A stretch of DNA of 64,000 bases from Gammaproteobacteria bacterium (GTDB lineage Bacteria; Pseudomonadota; Gammaproteobacteria; S012-40): NCBI GenBank assembly GCA_029884425.1, contig JAOUHV010000008.1:17977-81976 (forward strand), in the 5' to 3' direction. This document shows, in pieces, positions 1 to 12,648 of the stretch (positions are counted from its first letter, which is position 1; each line of letters opens with the position of its first letter). The notes beneath the pieces are model-generated. The model was not told the origin of the DNA, did not search any database, and saw only the letters and a program-made list of their open reading frames with translations. The position numbers and the translations under genes were made by a program.

Positions 1-61
1 CAGTCGGGAACGGCTAAGTCACTTTCATCAGATTATCGACAGCAACAAAAACGCTGGCTGA

Positions 62-937
62 TCAGGCGACGCTCAGTAGCCGCGTCAGCTCGGCCATTTC
101 GTCTTTGGCTTCAGCAATCAATTCCAGGTACGCCGCCCGCCCGAGTTTAAACAGCGGAAATTTGCCATGCGCCGGCAAGCTTTCGGGCTCGGGTAAATCC
201 TGCCCTTCGCCGGCCAGTTTGCTCGCCAACAACTGGGCAATGATGACGACATCACTGTTGTTCGCTACGCCCGGATGATCATAATTCCAGTTCTCGGCGT
301 TACGCACCACATCGGCAAATTCATCGTCAAAACGCCACATTTTCAGCACGTCAACGCCGAGCTGAACGCGACAGTGGTCAACAACTTCCTGCAGTCTGGA
401 CTCGGCCTGCTGCAACGTCGTGTCAGTCTCTGCATACGCCAGCACCGGCAGCAAGCCAATGTCATGCACCAGCGCCGCCAGCATCACATGTTCAGGATCC
501 AAACGAGGCGTCACTCGCGCCAATGCAAACGCAAGCGTGGCAACCTGCAGGCTGTGCTTCCAGCTGCGTTCTGCCAAACGATTTGTGACTTTGGATTTGG
601 CCGCATAGACGCGGCGCAAGGCGAAACTGGTGACCAAACTTTTGACCACATTCGCACCGAGACGATTAATCGCCGCGTGCACGTGCTCAACCGGTTGGGC
701 TGATTTGTACAGAGGACAATTGGCAACCTGAATCAGACGCGCTGTCAGAGGGATATCCGACTGAATAACCCTGGCAAGCTCTGCGGTGGAGTAATTGGTG
801 CGATCGATAACCTGGCGTACACGAATCGCGATGTCAGGCAGACCGGGCAGTTTCAGCTGCCCGGCACGCATTCTTTCCGATATTTCTTCCCTGAGTGTAT
901 CCAGTTCCTGAACTGCGACGCTGGGGCGATCAGTCAT
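62..937 (-). CDS. HDOD domain-containing signal-transduction protein
   Basis: 291-aa ORF with an ATG start. Helical HDOD-type sequence with a degenerate HD-like segment (ALVHDIGLLPVLAY). Lies directly downstream of nuoN. Confidence 0.75.
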   Translation of the reverse strand: MTDRPSVAVQELDTLREEISERMRAGQLKLPGLPDIAIRVRQVIDRTNYSTAELARVIQSDIPLTARLIQVANCPLYKSAQPVEHVHAAINRLGANVVKSLVTSFALRRVYAAKSKVTNRLAERSWKHSLQVATLAFALARVTPRLDPEHVMLAALVHDIGLLPVLAYAETDTTLQQAESRLQEVVDHCRVQLGVDVLKMWRFDDEFADVVRNAENWNYDHPGVANNSDVVIIAQLLASKLAGEGQDLPEPESLPAHGKFPLFKLGRAAYLELIAEAKDEMAELTRLLSVA

Positions 938-952
938 GCCTTAGGCAGCAAA

Positions 953-2392
953 TCAGCTAAGCGCATTCGCACACAGGGCCAGCAGCGCACTCGGGAAAAT
1001 TCCCAGCAACAGCACACCGATGCCGTTAACACTCATCGCCGCGCGCATGTCACCTGGCGCAGTAATAGGATGGGTCTCTACTGGCGCATCAAAATACATG
1101 ACCTTGATAATGCGCAGGTAGTAGAAGGCACCGATGATGGAGAATACCACGGCGTAAATTGCCAGCCATGTATAGCCCGCAGCCACTGCGGCCTGCAGCA
1201 CGGTCAGCTTGGCGTAAAAGCCCAACACCGGCGGTACACCCGCCATGGAAATCATCAGGATCAGCATCACAAACGCAAACCACGGGCTGCGATCGTTCAA
1301 GCCTTTGAAGTCGTCAATCTTGTCAGCCTCAAAACCAGCGCGAGTCAGCAGCAAAATCATGCCGAAGCCGCCCAATCCCATGAGGGTATAGGCGATCGTG
1401 TAGAACAGCGCTGCAGAATAGCCCTCGGGGCTGGCCGACAAAATACCCAGGAACAAAAAGCCCATGTGTGAAATGGTCGAATACGCCAGCATGCGCTTGA
1501 TGTTGGTTTGGGCAATCGCAACAATGTTACCTACGGCGATAGACAGCATCGCCAGAATCACCAAAATGCCAGCCCAATCCGCCGCCAAACCGCTCATGCC
1601 GTCAACCAGCATACGCATGATCATCGCCAAACCAGCCAGCTTGGGTGCCGTACCGATAAACAAGGTAGTCGCTGTTGGTGCGCCGTCGTAAACGTCTGGC
1701 ACCCACATGTGGAAAGGAACCGCGCCCAACTTGAACGACAGGCCCACCACGGTAAATACCAACCCCAAAATCAGCACCAAATCGCGCTCTGGATTTTCAG
1801 CAATGTACTTGCTCAGCACCGCCAGATCCAAGGTACCGCTCGCGCCGTACAACATCGACATGCCATACAGCAGCAAACCAGACGCCAACGCACCCAGGAT
1901 GAAATATTTCATCGCAGCTTCGGTGGAAATCAGTGAGTCGCGGTTCATTGCCACCATCGCGTACAACGCCAGTGACAACAATTCCAAACCCAGGTAAACA
2001 GAAATCATGTTGTGCGAAGACGCAAGCACCATCATGCCCAGGACGGCAAACAGCGCCAGCACAAAAAATTCACCCTTGTACAAACCACGATCTGCCAAGT
2101 ATTGACGCGAATAAATGAACACGCCAATAGTGACCACGTAGACAAACACCTTCAGTACAACACTGAGCGAATCGCTCACGAACGTACCAGAAAGCACAAC
2201 CTGCGCTTCAGCAGGTGCAAGAACAATCGTCAACCCAGCAGCTACAGCCAGGGTAAAAATAGACAGATAGTAGGTAACGTCTCTGGTCTCATCACTCAGA
2301 TACAGATCGACAAGCAGAATGATACAAGCCATGGAGAGTACAAAAATCTCCGGCAGTAACGGTATAAATTCGGCGATATTGACAGTGGTCAT
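953..2392 (-). CDS. nuoN: NADH-quinone oxidoreductase subunit N
   Basis: 479-aa polytopic antiporter-like protein. Last gene of a colinear nuoA-N cluster. Confidence 0.95.
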   Translation of the reverse strand: MTTVNIAEFIPLLPEIFVLSMACIILLVDLYLSDETRDVTYYLSIFTLAVAAGLTIVLAPAEAQVVLSGTFVSDSLSVVLKVFVYVVTIGVFIYSRQYLADRGLYKGEFFVLALFAVLGMMVLASSHNMISVYLGLELLSLALYAMVAMNRDSLISTEAAMKYFILGALASGLLLYGMSMLYGASGTLDLAVLSKYIAENPERDLVLILGLVFTVVGLSFKLGAVPFHMWVPDVYDGAPTATTLFIGTAPKLAGLAMIMRMLVDGMSGLAADWAGILVILAMLSIAVGNIVAIAQTNIKRMLAYSTISHMGFLFLGILSASPEGYSAALFYTIAYTLMGLGGFGMILLLTRAGFEADKIDDFKGLNDRSPWFAFVMLILMISMAGVPPVLGFYAKLTVLQAAVAAGYTWLAIYAVVFSIIGAFYYLRIIKVMYFDAPVETHPITAPGDMRAAMSVNGIGVLLLGIFPSALLALCANALS

Positions 2393-2410
2393 CAGAGAGT
2401 TCTCTAGTAA

Positions 2411-3928
2411 TTACAATTTAGAGTTGGCTACATGAGCAACTAGGTTATCCACCGTTGCATGCATTACTTCCAGCAACGGATTGGGCCAGATACCCACACC
2501 CAGTACCAACACTGCCAACACTCCCAGGAACAGAAATTCACGCTTATCCAGATCTTTCAGCGCGGCGACGTTGTCATTGGCAACTTCACCAAAGAATACG
2601 CGCTTTACCATCCACAATGTGTAGGCGGCACCGATAATCAAGGTCAGCGCAGCCGCTGTACCTATCCAGAAATTCGCTTTAACCGCCGCCAATACCACCA
2701 TGAATTCACCAACGAATCCAGACGTACCGGGTAAACCAGCATTCGCCATCGCGAACAGCACCGCAAATGAAGCAAACACCGGCATGGTATTGGTAACACC
2801 ACCGTATGCAGAAATCTCGCGAGAATGTACGCGGTCATACAGCACGCCCACGCACAAGAACATTGCGGCAGAAATGAAACCGTGCGAAATCATTTGCACC
2901 ATGGCGCCTTCGATACCCAGCGCCGCACCATCGTAACTGCCGGTGTTCTCATAAATCATGAACATCAAGAACATACCCAGCGTCACAAATCCCATGTGGG
3001 AAATGGACGAGTACGCAATCAGTTTCTTCATGTCCTGCTGAACCAAGGCCACAAAACCGATGTAAACGATAGCAATCAACGACAGCGCAATAACCAGCCA
3101 GTCCAACTGATTGCTGGCATCAGGTGTAATCGGCAAGCTAAAGCGCAAGAAACCGTAACCACCCATTTTCAACATGATGGCAGCCAGAATCACCGAACCA
3201 CCCGTGGGAGCTTGAACGTGAGCATCTGGCAACCAAGTGTGCACCGGCCACATCGGAATCTTGACCGCAAACGCCACCAAAAATGCCAGGAAGATAAGAA
3301 CCTGTTCTGGCTGTGACAGCGGCAACATGTGGAAATCCAAAATGCCAAAGCTGCCGGACTTGGTGTACATGTAGATCAACGCAACCAACATGAACACCGA
3401 GCCGAAAAAGGTATAGAGGAAAAACTTGATCGTTGCATAAACGCGGTTTGGACCGCCCCACATACCGATCACCAGGAACATCGGAACCAGCATCGCTTCC
3501 CAGAATACATAGAACAACACAGAATCAAGCGCAGCAAACACGCCGATCATCAGGCCTTCCATGATCAGGAACGCCGCCATGTACTGCGACACTTTGGTCT
3601 GCACGACCTCCCACGCGGCGATTACCACCAGCACAGTGGATACCGTCGTCAAAAGAATCAGCGGCATGGAAATGCCATCCACGCCGAGGTAGTAGTAAAT
3701 GTTGAATGTCGGTATCCAGGACACCTTCTCAACAAACTGCATCTCCGCCGTTGACACATCAAACTGCGAGAACAGCGGGATAGAGACTAAAAACGTCACC
3801 AGCGAGAAAAACAATGACAGCCAACGTGTCATTACCGGGTTTTTATCACCGCTCGCGAACAATACTATCAGACCGCCCAGAATGGGCAGCCAGATCAACA
3901 AACTTAACAAGGCAAAATCAGAAAACAT
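2411..3928 (-). CDS. nuoM: NADH-quinone oxidoreductase subunit M
   Basis: 505-aa antiporter-like membrane subunit at the expected position in the nuo order. Confidence 0.95.
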   Translation of the reverse strand: MFSDFALLSLLIWLPILGGLIVLFASGDKNPVMTRWLSLFFSLVTFLVSIPLFSQFDVSTAEMQFVEKVSWIPTFNIYYYLGVDGISMPLILLTTVSTVLVVIAAWEVVQTKVSQYMAAFLIMEGLMIGVFAALDSVLFYVFWEAMLVPMFLVIGMWGGPNRVYATIKFFLYTFFGSVFMLVALIYMYTKSGSFGILDFHMLPLSQPEQVLIFLAFLVAFAVKIPMWPVHTWLPDAHVQAPTGGSVILAAIMLKMGGYGFLRFSLPITPDASNQLDWLVIALSLIAIVYIGFVALVQQDMKKLIAYSSISHMGFVTLGMFLMFMIYENTGSYDGAALGIEGAMVQMISHGFISAAMFLCVGVLYDRVHSREISAYGGVTNTMPVFASFAVLFAMANAGLPGTSGFVGEFMVVLAAVKANFWIGTAAALTLIIGAAYTLWMVKRVFFGEVANDNVAALKDLDKREFLFLGVLAVLVLGVGIWPNPLLEVMHATVDNLVAHVANSKL

Positions 3929-3962
3929 TCAATGGTTTCCTATTTATATATCTGACTTACAA

Positions 3963-5915
3963 CTACGCGAGGAACGCCCATGTCACCAAAGCGGACAACC
4001 CGATGATCATGGCAAACGCATAGTGATATAGATAGCCAGTCTGCATATGCCGCATAGTCTGCGCCGTCCAACCGACAAAACGTGCCGAACCATTTACGAT
4101 GGCATCGTCGATCACTTTCACATCCGCCTTCTGCCACAGGAACTGACCCAACTTACGGCTGCCAGCAGCAAAGAATTTATCGTTGAAACGATCACATCCG
4201 TAGGCATTGTCCAACATGTTGTAAATACCTGGATAACTTTCCTTCATGCGGGCCGCAATCTGGGGTTTCTTCATGTAAACGTACCAAGCGGTCGCCAAAC
4301 CTGCCATCGACAAGTAGAACGCTGGCGTCATCAAACCGTGCACCAAGAAACCAACAGGACCAGTGAAGCTCTCGCCTAACTTGCCAAGCACATCGTGCTC
4401 AGGCAACACAAACAATGCACTACCAAAATAGTCGCCAAACAACAGCGGGCCAATGGTCAGGAAGCCGATCGCGACCGATGGAATCGCCAGCAATACCAAT
4501 GGCAAGGTCACAACCCATGGACTCTCATGCAAATGCGACTTGGTGTGTGCATCCATACGTTCCTGGCCATGGAAGACAAGGAAGAACATACGGAAACTGT
4601 ACAGCGCGGTGATAAACACACCGAGCAGCACCGCGACATACGCGAAGCCAGAACCCGTCAGATCAGACGCATGCACCGCCTCAATGATCGCATCCTTCGA
4701 ATAAAATCCGGCCAAGCCAGGGAAGCCGATCAGTGCCAACGAACCAATCAAACTCGTCCAATAGGTAATCGGCATGTATTTCTTCAAGCCGCCCATCTTG
4801 CGAATATCCTGCTCATGGTGCATCGCAATGATGACAGAACCTGCGGCAAGGAATAGCAATGCTTTGAAAAACGCGTGAGTCATCAAGTGGAACAAGCCCG
4901 CTGCGTACGCAGACACGCCAAGCGCAACCACCATGTAACCCAACTGAGACAAGGTCGAATAGGCAATCACGCGTTTGATGTCGTTTTGCACCAAACCGAG
5001 GAATCCCATGAACAGTGCCGTCATCGCACCGATGATCATCACAAACGCCAGCGCAGTTTCTGACAGTTCGTACATTGGCGACATACGCGCCACCATGAAC
5101 ACACCGGCGGTAACCATCGTTGCAGCGTGAATCAAGGCAGAAATCGGCGTCGGACCTTCCATCGAATCCGGCAACCAGACATGCAATGGCACCTGGGCCG
5201 ACTTACCCATCGCACCAATGAACAACAGAATACAAATCACTGTCATCAACGACCACTGATGACCAGGAATGAGTTCAATCGTCATATTGGCCATGGAAGG
5301 AGCGGCGGCAAACACATCGCGATAATCCAGGCTGTTGAAATACATCAACACCAACGCAATGCCCAGCAGGAAGCCAAAGTCACCAACACGGTTTACCAAA
5401 AATGCTTTCAGGTTCGCATAAATCGCTGTTTCGCGCTTATACCAGAAACCAATCAACAGGTAGGACACCAAACCAACCGCTTCCCAGCCGAAGAACAGCT
5501 GCATGAAGTTGTTGGCCATGACCAACATCAACATGGAGAAGGTAAACAGCGAAATGTAGCTGAAAAAGCGTTGATAGCCAGGATCGTCCTTCATATAGCC
5601 AATGGTGTAAATGTGCACCATCAACGATACAAACGTAACCACGACCATCATCATGGCCGTCAAGTTATCAACCAAAAATCCAACTTCAAACGTGATGCCG
5701 TCACTAACCAGCCAGGTATACACCGAACCGTTAAATGCTGCCGCGCCATCAAACACATGATGTTTGAAAACCATCATTGCCAATGCACAGGAAACAGCAA
5801 CACCGATAATTGTCACCCAATGAGCGCCAGCGCGGCCAATGCGTCGACCGAACAAGCCCGCGATAATTGAACCTACCAGAGGAGCGAGAGCGATGGTGAG
5901 ATAAATATTTTCCAT
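3963..5915 (-). CDS. nuoL: NADH-quinone oxidoreductase subunit L
   Basis: About 650-aa antiporter-like subunit with a long C-terminal extension. The ORF-track start (5927) appears to be TTG. The ATG at 5915 (MENIYLTIALAPL) is preferred. Confidence 0.93.
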   Translation of the reverse strand: MENIYLTIALAPLVGSIIAGLFGRRIGRAGAHWVTIIGVAVSCALAMMVFKHHVFDGAAAFNGSVYTWLVSDGITFEVGFLVDNLTAMMMVVVTFVSLMVHIYTIGYMKDDPGYQRFFSYISLFTFSMLMLVMANNFMQLFFGWEAVGLVSYLLIGFWYKRETAIYANLKAFLVNRVGDFGFLLGIALVLMYFNSLDYRDVFAAAPSMANMTIELIPGHQWSLMTVICILLFIGAMGKSAQVPLHVWLPDSMEGPTPISALIHAATMVTAGVFMVARMSPMYELSETALAFVMIIGAMTALFMGFLGLVQNDIKRVIAYSTLSQLGYMVVALGVSAYAAGLFHLMTHAFFKALLFLAAGSVIIAMHHEQDIRKMGGLKKYMPITYWTSLIGSLALIGFPGLAGFYSKDAIIEAVHASDLTGSGFAYVAVLLGVFITALYSFRMFFLVFHGQERMDAHTKSHLHESPWVVTLPLVLLAIPSVAIGFLTIGPLLFGDYFGSALFVLPEHDVLGKLGESFTGPVGFLVHGLMTPAFYLSMAGLATAWYVYMKKPQIAARMKESYPGIYNMLDNAYGCDRFNDKFFAAGSRKLGQFLWQKADVKVIDDAIVNGSARFVGWTAQTMRHMQTGYLYHYAFAMIIGLSALVTWAFLA

Positions 5916-5930
5916 ATTTAGACTCAATCC

Positions 5931-6236
5931 TTAACCTTTCAAGGAACCCAGATCGTCGACGTTGATGGTTCTGCGATTACGGAATAGTACAACCAGAATC
6001 GCCAAACCAATCGCTGCCTCTGCGGCCGCCACGGTCAAAATGAAGAACACAAAAATCTGCCCTGCGGTATCTCCCATATAATGAGAGAAAGCAACAAAGT
6101 TGATGTTAACTGCCAGCAACATCAATTCAATCGCCATCAGCAGAATAATAATATTTTTACGGTTCAAAAAAATGCCAGCGACGCTGATGCAAAACAGCAC
6201 GGCACCGAGTATCAGAAAATGCGATAACGAAATCAT
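5931..6236 (-). CDS. nuoK: NADH-quinone oxidoreductase subunit K
   Basis: 101-aa protein with three TM helices at the expected position in the nuo order. Confidence 0.93.
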   Translation of the reverse strand: MISLSHFLILGAVLFCISVAGIFLNRKNIIILLMAIELMLLAVNINFVAFSHYMGDTAGQIFVFFILTVAAAEAAIGLAILVVLFRNRRTINVDDLGSLKG

Positions 6237-6256
6237 TTGAACACCCTGCCCCCAGC

Positions 6257-6862
6257 TTATTTTTTCTTCTCAGCCTGCATTTTAACCATGCGGACACGAT
6301 CATTGCGCTTAACAACCACCTGATCTTCAGGCTTCATGTACTTACTCCAGCGTCTTGGACGCAAGGTCAAAGCAATCGCAGCAACAATCGCCACCACCAG
6401 AATAACCGCCGCCAATTCGAAGTGGTAAATGTACGTGGTGTACAGCTCCAGGCCCAACTCCTTGGTATTGCTGTAACCTTCTGGTTTGGGCAGAGGATCT
6501 TTGATCACACTCAAACCAAAACGCTCTGGACCAACAATCATGATCATTTCCAGAATCAGCACGAATGCGATCAACGACCCGACAGGCAAGTAGCGCGTAA
6601 AGCCTTCCTTGAGCGGTGCCAAGTTGATGTCCAGCATCATCACCACGAACAGGAACAGCACCATGACCGCACCAACGTACACCAGCACCAAGGTTACCGC
6701 CAGGAATTCTGCCTCAAGCAACAACCACACACCTGCGCTGGCAAAAAACGCCAACACGAGAAACAGTGCCGCATGAACCGGTCTGCGAATGGTGATAACC
6801 GCGCCTGCCGCTATCACCAGAATCGCCGAGAACAGATAAAAAAGTATTAACTCTATATTCAT
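6257..6862 (-). CDS. nuoJ: NADH-quinone oxidoreductase subunit J
   Basis: 201-aa membrane subunit at the expected position in the nuo order. Confidence 0.92.
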   Translation of the reverse strand: MNIELILFYLFSAILVIAAGAVITIRRPVHAALFLVLAFFASAGVWLLLEAEFLAVTLVLVYVGAVMVLFLFVVMMLDINLAPLKEGFTRYLPVGSLIAFVLILEMIMIVGPERFGLSVIKDPLPKPEGYSNTKELGLELYTTYIYHFELAAVILVVAIVAAIALTLRPRRWSKYMKPEDQVVVKRNDRVRMVKMQAEKKK

Positions 6863-6886
6863 ATAGGTTTGATCTGTCTGTTAACG

Positions 6887-7375
6887 TTAACGGAAACGAG
6901 CATCTTCAGCTCGGTCACGAGCAATCTGATCTTCGTACTTATCACCCATGGCCAGGAGCTTTTCCTTGGTCATGATATGCTCACCACGTTCCTCAAACAC
7001 GTATTCAAAAACGCGTGTCTCAACGATTGCATCGACCGGACACGATTCCTCACAAAACCCACAGTAAATGCACTTGAACAAGTCGATATCGTAGCGACTA
7101 GTCCGGCGACTGCCGTCTTCACGCTGCGCAGACTCGATGGTAATTGCCAGCGCAGGGCAAACCGCCTCGCACAATTTACATGCGATACAACGTTCTTCAC
7201 CGTTGGCATAACGACGCTGCGCATGCAAACCACGAAACCGTGGTGACATCGGCGTTTTTTCTTCCGGGTATTGAACCGTTATCTTTTTGGCAAACAAATA
7301 TTTGCCAGTTAACTTCAATCCCATTAGCAGTTCCCAAAGGAACAGGCTCTTGACGTAATTAATAGCTGCAGTCAT
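6887..7375 (-). CDS. nuoI: NADH-quinone oxidoreductase subunit I
   Basis: 162 aa with two 4Fe-4S ferredoxin motifs ([12 protein letters not shown] and [12 protein letters not shown]). Confidence 0.96.
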   Translation of the reverse strand: MTAAINYVKSLFLWELLMGLKLTGKYLFAKKITVQYPEEKTPMSPRFRGLHAQRRYANGEERCIACKLCEAVCPALAITIESAQREDGSRRTSRYDIDLFKCIYCGFCEESCPVDAIVETRVFEYVFEERGEHIMTKEKLLAMGDKYEDQIARDRAEDARFR

Positions 7376-7389
7376 TTTCCTATTTCACC

Positions 7390-8448
7390 TTAGTCAAACC
7401 AGGGACCCAGACCGCCTAAAATGGCTGCGCCAAGCACGATAATCCAAACGATGGTCAACGGAATAAACACCTTCCAACCCAAACGCATGATCTGGTCATA
7501 GCGATAGCGCGGAAACGTCGCGCGGAACCACAAAAACAGGAACAAGAAGAACGATGCCTTCAGCAGCAACCAGATAATGCTGCCCTCTCCCAGGAACGTA
7601 TCACCGATAACAGGCCAGCCCTGGAAAGGCGACAACCAACCGCCCAAGAACATCAGTGCCGTCAGCAACGAAATCAGAATCATTGCGGAGTATTCCGCAA
7701 GGAAAAATACCGAGAACGTCATCGCCGAGTATTCGACGTGGAAGCCCGCTACGATTTCTGATTCACCTTCGGCAACGTCAAACGGTGCACGATTGGTTTC
7801 AGCAACACCGGACAAGAAATAAATCACGAACAGTGGCAACAACGGAATCCAGAACCAGTGCAGCATACTGCCTTCCTGGGCCTTTACGATCTCAACCAGG
7901 TTCAAGCTGCCGCCAGCCATCAACACACCGACCAGCGCAAAACCCATCGCAATTTCGTACGATACAATTTGTGCCGCAGAGCGCAATGCACCCAAAAATG
8001 CGTACTTTGAGTTGGAGGCCCAGCCAGCGATGATGACACCGTACACACCCATCGACGTAATCGCCAGGATGTACAGCAGACCCGCATCAATATTGGCCAA
8101 CACCAATTCTTCTTCGAATGGAATAACCGCAAATGCCGCGATCGCAGGCGCAAACGCCAACACCGGTGCAATCAAGAACAACACGCGGTTAGCACTGGTC
8201 GGGATGATGGTTTCCTTCATCAACAACTTCACCGCATCAGCGATCGGCTGCAACAAGCCTCTCGGACCAACACGGTTAGGACCAATACGTACCTGAATGT
8301 ATCCAATGACTTTACGCTCTGCCAGCGTCAGGTAGGCAACCGCCCCCATCACTGGCAACACAATCACCAGAATCTTCAGAATAATGAGAATCAGTGTTAC
8401 CAAATTCTCTGGCAAAAAGGAAAGCATTGAAGCTATCAGATCAAGCAT
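7390..8448 (-). CDS. nuoH: NADH-quinone oxidoreductase subunit H
   Basis: Polytopic membrane subunit. The ATG at 8448 overlaps the nuoG stop (ATGCTTGA). The ORF-track start at 8457 appears to be GTG. Confidence 0.94.
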   Translation of the reverse strand: MLDLIASMLSFLPENLVTLILIILKILVIVLPVMGAVAYLTLAERKVIGYIQVRIGPNRVGPRGLLQPIADAVKLLMKETIIPTSANRVLFLIAPVLAFAPAIAAFAVIPFEEELVLANIDAGLLYILAITSMGVYGVIIAGWASNSKYAFLGALRSAAQIVSYEIAMGFALVGVLMAGGSLNLVEIVKAQEGSMLHWFWIPLLPLFVIYFLSGVAETNRAPFDVAEGESEIVAGFHVEYSAMTFSVFFLAEYSAMILISLLTALMFLGGWLSPFQGWPVIGDTFLGEGSIIWLLLKASFFLFLFLWFRATFPRYRYDQIMRLGWKVFIPLTIVWIIVLGAAILGGLGPWFD

Positions 8449-10831
8449 TACCTGCACTCACCTTCTCGTTGTTTGCGACAGCACTGGCCTTAGCAATGCT
8501 AATAGTTCCCTGCGCGTTCCCCAAAGCAATCGTACCTGCCAACGATGAAGGTACGTATACGACACCCGCTGGAACGCGTGCGTCGATAATCAATGGCAAC
8601 GTTACTTTCGCCTGTCCCTGAGTCACAGCCACATGGTCGTCCTCAGTAACAGCGAACTTCGCCGCCGTCTCAGCATTCAAATAAACCGCAGCCTGCATGG
8701 CATCCGCTGTTTTCTGCAACGGCGCAGCACGACGAATGATATTGTCAATCGCGTACATTGGCACATCCGCCACGCGCTCCAAGGCAACATCCGACGGCAG
8801 AGATTTAGGCATTGCAACTGCGCCGGTTGCACTCACTGGCTCACCGACTTTTGCACGCAGCTCATCGTGAATTTCTTCAACGCTGAAATAATCAAATCCG
8901 TTCAGGTCAAGCAAGTTACCCAATACTCGCAACACTTTCCACGCAGGGCGAGCCTCGCCTTTCGGTGCACACACACCTTCAAACAATTGCCAGCGGCCTT
9001 CGCCGTTGACAAAGCTGCCTGCTGTTTCGGCATAGGTCGCAATGGGCAACAACACATCAGCGTAGCTGTCCATGGACGCAGAACGGAATGGCGTCAATGC
9101 GATAACAAAATCGGTATTTTTCATACCCTGCAATGCTGCTTGAGTATCTGCGCAGTCAAACTCTGGCTCGACGTTCAACAGCAGCATTGCCTTCATCTTG
9201 GCATTCAGCATTTCACTGACATTCATGCCGGCCTTAACTGCTGTCGCACGGTGTGGAACAGCACCAACCATCGATGCACCGGCCGCATTTGCACCCGCCG
9301 TTGCGTAACCAAAGGTAGCGCCGGTCATATCCGCAATCGCCTTAGCCAACGCGCGCAACGCTGCGTAATCCGCATGCGCCATGGCATGAACACCCAGGAT
9401 AACGTGAGCACGCTCACCCTTGAGCAGCGCTTCCGCGATTTTCTTGTGCGACTCACCCACTGTAACTCCAGCAGTAAGCGCATCCAGACCAGCCACCTTG
9501 CTGCTGGCATTCGCAGCGCATGCCTTGGCAACTGCCGCCAATTGCACCAGCATTTCAGAAGGCTTGACTGCAATATTATTGGCAACAGGGAAATTAAAAT
9601 CGTACGCCATCGAGTTAATAAACGAGACGTGTGCGCCGGCTTTCGCTGCCTTGCGAGTGCGCAAGCCCAACAATGGTTGATCCTTACGAATATTCGCGCC
9701 AATAAACAACAGCGCATCGGCTTTTTCGATATCTGCAATCGCCACACCCAATGTCGGGCAAACGGGATCAGCCTGAACATCAGAAAAATCACGCTGGCGC
9801 AGACGATAATCAATGTTATCGCTCAGCAATCCGCGCGTTATTTTCTGCGCAAGATAAATTTCTTCGGTCGTGGAGCTGGGAGAAACCAAGGTCCCCAACA
9901 AATGAGGGCCATCGACACCGCTCACTCGCTGCAATGCTTCAGCAGCGACGCGCAAAGCGGTTTCCCAATCAACCTGCTTCCAACTGCCGCCCTGTTTTAC
10001 CATTGGCGACGTCAGACGCTCTTTGCTCTCGATACCGGTATAGGCAAAACGATCACGGTCAGACAACCAAGTTTCATTCACTGCTTCATTGTCTGCAGGA
10101 ACAACACGCAAAATTTCATTGCCACGGGTATGGGCCGTCAAGTTGGAACCAACGCTGTCATGGCCTGCCACGCCATCACGGGAGAACATTTCCCATGCAC
10201 GCGCTTTGTAACGGAAAGGCTTGGAGGTCAGTGCGCCTACTGGACACAAATCGATAATATTGCCTGACAGTTCTGAATCCACCGTCGCCGCCACATAGGT
10301 ACCGATGCTCATGTGCTCACCGCGTCCCATTCCGCCCAGTTCCTTGGAACCCGCGATTTCGTCGCAGAAACGCACACAGCGCGTACAGTGAATGCAGCGC
10401 GTCATGTCAGTGGAAATCAGCGGACCGATGTTCTTGTCACCCAGTACACGCTTGCTCTCGCTGTAGCGAGATACATCTTTGCCATAGCCAACAGCGACAT
10501 CCTGCAATTCACACTCGCCACCCTGATCACAGATCGGGCAATCCAGCGGATGATTAATCAGCAGAAACTCCATCACACCTTTTTGCGCAGCCAGTGCGCC
10601 AGGTGATTTGGTCGCAACACGCATACCATCGGTTACCGGCGTTGCACACGCGGGCAGTGGCTTGCGAGCTTTTTCAACTTCAACCAAGCACATGCGGCAA
10701 TTGGCCGCCACGGACAGTTTTTTGTGATAGCAGAAGCGAGGAATATAAATTCCTGCCTCGTCAGCCGCCTCAATGAGCATCGCCCCATCGCGCGCTACAA
10801 CTTCTTTACCGTCTATTTCAATCTTTACCAT
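8441..10831 (-). CDS. nuoG: NADH-quinone oxidoreductase subunit G
   Basis: 796 aa. N-terminal 2Fe-2S and 4Fe-4S cysteine clusters ([19 protein letters not shown]; [10 protein letters not shown]), followed by a molybdopterin-oxidoreductase-like domain. Confidence 0.96.
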   Translation of the reverse strand: MVKIEIDGKEVVARDGAMLIEAADEAGIYIPRFCYHKKLSVAANCRMCLVEVEKARKPLPACATPVTDGMRVATKSPGALAAQKGVMEFLLINHPLDCPICDQGGECELQDVAVGYGKDVSRYSESKRVLGDKNIGPLISTDMTRCIHCTRCVRFCDEIAGSKELGGMGRGEHMSIGTYVAATVDSELSGNIIDLCPVGALTSKPFRYKARAWEMFSRDGVAGHDSVGSNLTAHTRGNEILRVVPADNEAVNETWLSDRDRFAYTGIESKERLTSPMVKQGGSWKQVDWETALRVAAEALQRVSGVDGPHLLGTLVSPSSTTEEIYLAQKITRGLLSDNIDYRLRQRDFSDVQADPVCPTLGVAIADIEKADALLFIGANIRKDQPLLGLRTRKAAKAGAHVSFINSMAYDFNFPVANNIAVKPSEMLVQLAAVAKACAANASSKVAGLDALTAGVTVGESHKKIAEALLKGERAHVILGVHAMAHADYAALRALAKAIADMTGATFGYATAGANAAGASMVGAVPHRATAVKAGMNVSEMLNAKMKAMLLLNVEPEFDCADTQAALQGMKNTDFVIALTPFRSASMDSYADVLLPIATYAETAGSFVNGEGRWQLFEGVCAPKGEARPAWKVLRVLGNLLDLNGFDYFSVEEIHDELRAKVGEPVSATGAVAMPKSLPSDVALERVADVPMYAIDNIIRRAAPLQKTADAMQAAVYLNAETAAKFAVTEDDHVAVTQGQAKVTLPLIIDARVPAGVVYVPSSLAGTIALGNAQGTISIAKASAVANNEKVSAGNA

Positions 10832-10867
10832 GCTGGTGTCCCGTTATCCGCGACTTTCAACCACTGC

Positions 10868-12133
10868 CTAAACCATGCACTTGCCGTGTTGGATGTGATA
10901 CTCAAACTCTTCACGGAAATGCTTAATAAAACTTGCTACTGGCATCGCCGCAGCGTCACCCAGTGCACAAATTGTATGACCTTCAATTTTGGCAGAAACA
11001 TCCATCAACAAATCCAGATCTTCTGGACGTCCATGGCCGTGTTCAATGCGGTGAACAACGCGAGCCAGCCAGCCGGTACCTTCACGGCAAGGCGTGCACT
11101 GACCGCATGACTCTTCAAAGTAGAAGTGCGCAATGCGCGCCAGTACCTTGACCATACAAGTCGTGTCATCCATCACAATCACCGAACCTGCACCCAACAT
11201 GGAGCCAGACTTGCCGATGGAGTCATAGTCCATCTTCGTCTGCATCATGATGTGCCCAGGCACTACTGGCGTAGAGGACCCACCAGGAATAACAGCTTTA
11301 AGTTTGCGACCACCACGAACACCGCCGGCCATCTCCAACAGTTCAGAGAAAGGCGTGCCCATCCCGACTTCATAGTTGCCCGGCTTGTTCACGTGACCTG
11401 AAACAGAAAACAACTTGGTGCCACCACTGCCTGGCACACCCAAGTCAGCAAACCACTGACCGCCGTTGCGCATAATGTACGGGATGGACGACAACGTCTC
11501 AGTGTTATTGATGGTTGTCGGACGACCATACAAACCGTAACTTGCAGGGAACGGTGGCTTGAAGCGCGGCTGGCCTTTTTTGCCTTCGATAGATTCGATC
11601 AGTGCGGTTTCTTCGCCGCAAACGTAAGCACCACCACCCAGGTGGACTTCCAGATCGAAATCAATACCGCTGCCCATGATGTTTTTGCCCAACAAGCCGG
11701 CAGCACGCGCATCTTCGATCGCCTGCTGGAAACGCTCATAAGGTTCCCAAAATTCACCACGAATGTAGTTGTATCCACGGGTTGCACCAATAGTGTAACC
11801 AGCGATCGCCATGCCTTCGACCAGCGCATGCGGGTTATAACGCAAAATATCGCGATCTTTAAACGTCCCTGGCTCGCCTTCGTCAGAATTACAAACGATA
11901 TACTTTTGGCCAGAGGCGTTGCGAGGCATAAAGCTCCACTTCAACCCGGTTGGAAAACCTGCGCCCCCGCGACCACGAATGACCGACGTTTTCACTTCAT
12001 TGATAATATCTTCCGCAGAAGTTTTTTCGCGCAGAATTTTCTTCCATGCTTCGTATCCGCCTGTGCTCTGGTATGTCTGCAGAGTCCAGGGTTTGTCTAG
12101 GTGGAGCGTACTAAAACAAACTTCGTTAGCCAT
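10868..12133 (-). CDS. nuoF: NADH-quinone oxidoreductase subunit F
   Basis: 421 aa. Has the FMN/NADH-site motifs ([24 protein letters not shown]) and the 4Fe-4S motif [12 protein letters not shown]. Confidence 0.97.
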   Translation of the reverse strand: MANEVCFSTLHLDKPWTLQTYQSTGGYEAWKKILREKTSAEDIINEVKTSVIRGRGGAGFPTGLKWSFMPRNASGQKYIVCNSDEGEPGTFKDRDILRYNPHALVEGMAIAGYTIGATRGYNYIRGEFWEPYERFQQAIEDARAAGLLGKNIMGSGIDFDLEVHLGGGAYVCGEETALIESIEGKKGQPRFKPPFPASYGLYGRPTTINNTETLSSIPYIMRNGGQWFADLGVPGSGGTKLFSVSGHVNKPGNYEVGMGTPFSELLEMAGGVRGGRKLKAVIPGGSSTPVVPGHIMMQTKMDYDSIGKSGSMLGAGSVIVMDDTTCMVKVLARIAHFYFEESCGQCTPCREGTGWLARVVHRIEHGHGRPEDLDLLMDVSAKIEGHTICALGDAAAMPVASFIKHFREEFEYHIQHGKCMV

Positions 12134-12150
12134 AGGAATTATCTTGTTTG

Positions 12151-12648
12151 TTAATCCAGAGAATCGAGAATTTCATCAACCTTTGCAGGTGTCAGATTCT
12201 CATAATATTTACGGCCAATTTGGAACATCGGTGCACCACCACAAGCCCCAAGACACTCCACTTCCTTCAAGGAAAAACGGCCATCTGCCGTGATCTCGCC
12301 AAATCCTTTAACGCCTAATTTGTTCTTCAAATGCGAAACGATCTGATCGGAACCACACAACATGCAAGACACGTTGGTGCAAACACAGATTTTATGTTTA
12401 CCAACCGGCTTGCGCTCGTACATCGAATAGAAGGTCGCCACTTCGTATACGGAAACCTTGGGCATATCCAAGTACTCGGCGACCGCATCCATCAAGTCAT
12501 TGGTCAACCAACCCGCGTTGGCATCCTGCACAATTCGAAGTGCCGCCATTACCGCTGACTGCTTCTGGTCAGCTGGATACTTGGCAACCCAGATATCAAT
12601 TTCCGCACGAGAGTCGGAATCAATCAGATGCAATTTTGTGTCAGACAT
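12151..12648 (-). CDS. nuoE: NADH-quinone oxidoreductase subunit E
   Basis: 165-aa thioredoxin-like 2Fe-2S subunit (CVCTNVSC ... CLGACGGAP). Confidence 0.95.
   Translation of the reverse strand: MSDTKLHLIDSDSRAEIDIWVAKYPADQKQSAVMAALRIVQDANAGWLTNDLMDAVAEYLDMPKVSVYEVATFYSMYERKPVGKHKICVCTNVSCMLCGSDQIVSHLKNKLGVKGFGEITADGRFSLKEVECLGACGGAPMFQIGRKYYENLTPAKVDEILDSLD

Noticed and set aside
8633-10267. 544-aa ORF on the plus strand, antisense to nuoG.
   Set aside because: This is the same mirror-frame situation: (10831-8635) is divisible by 3. It has no independent signals and a nonsensical composition.
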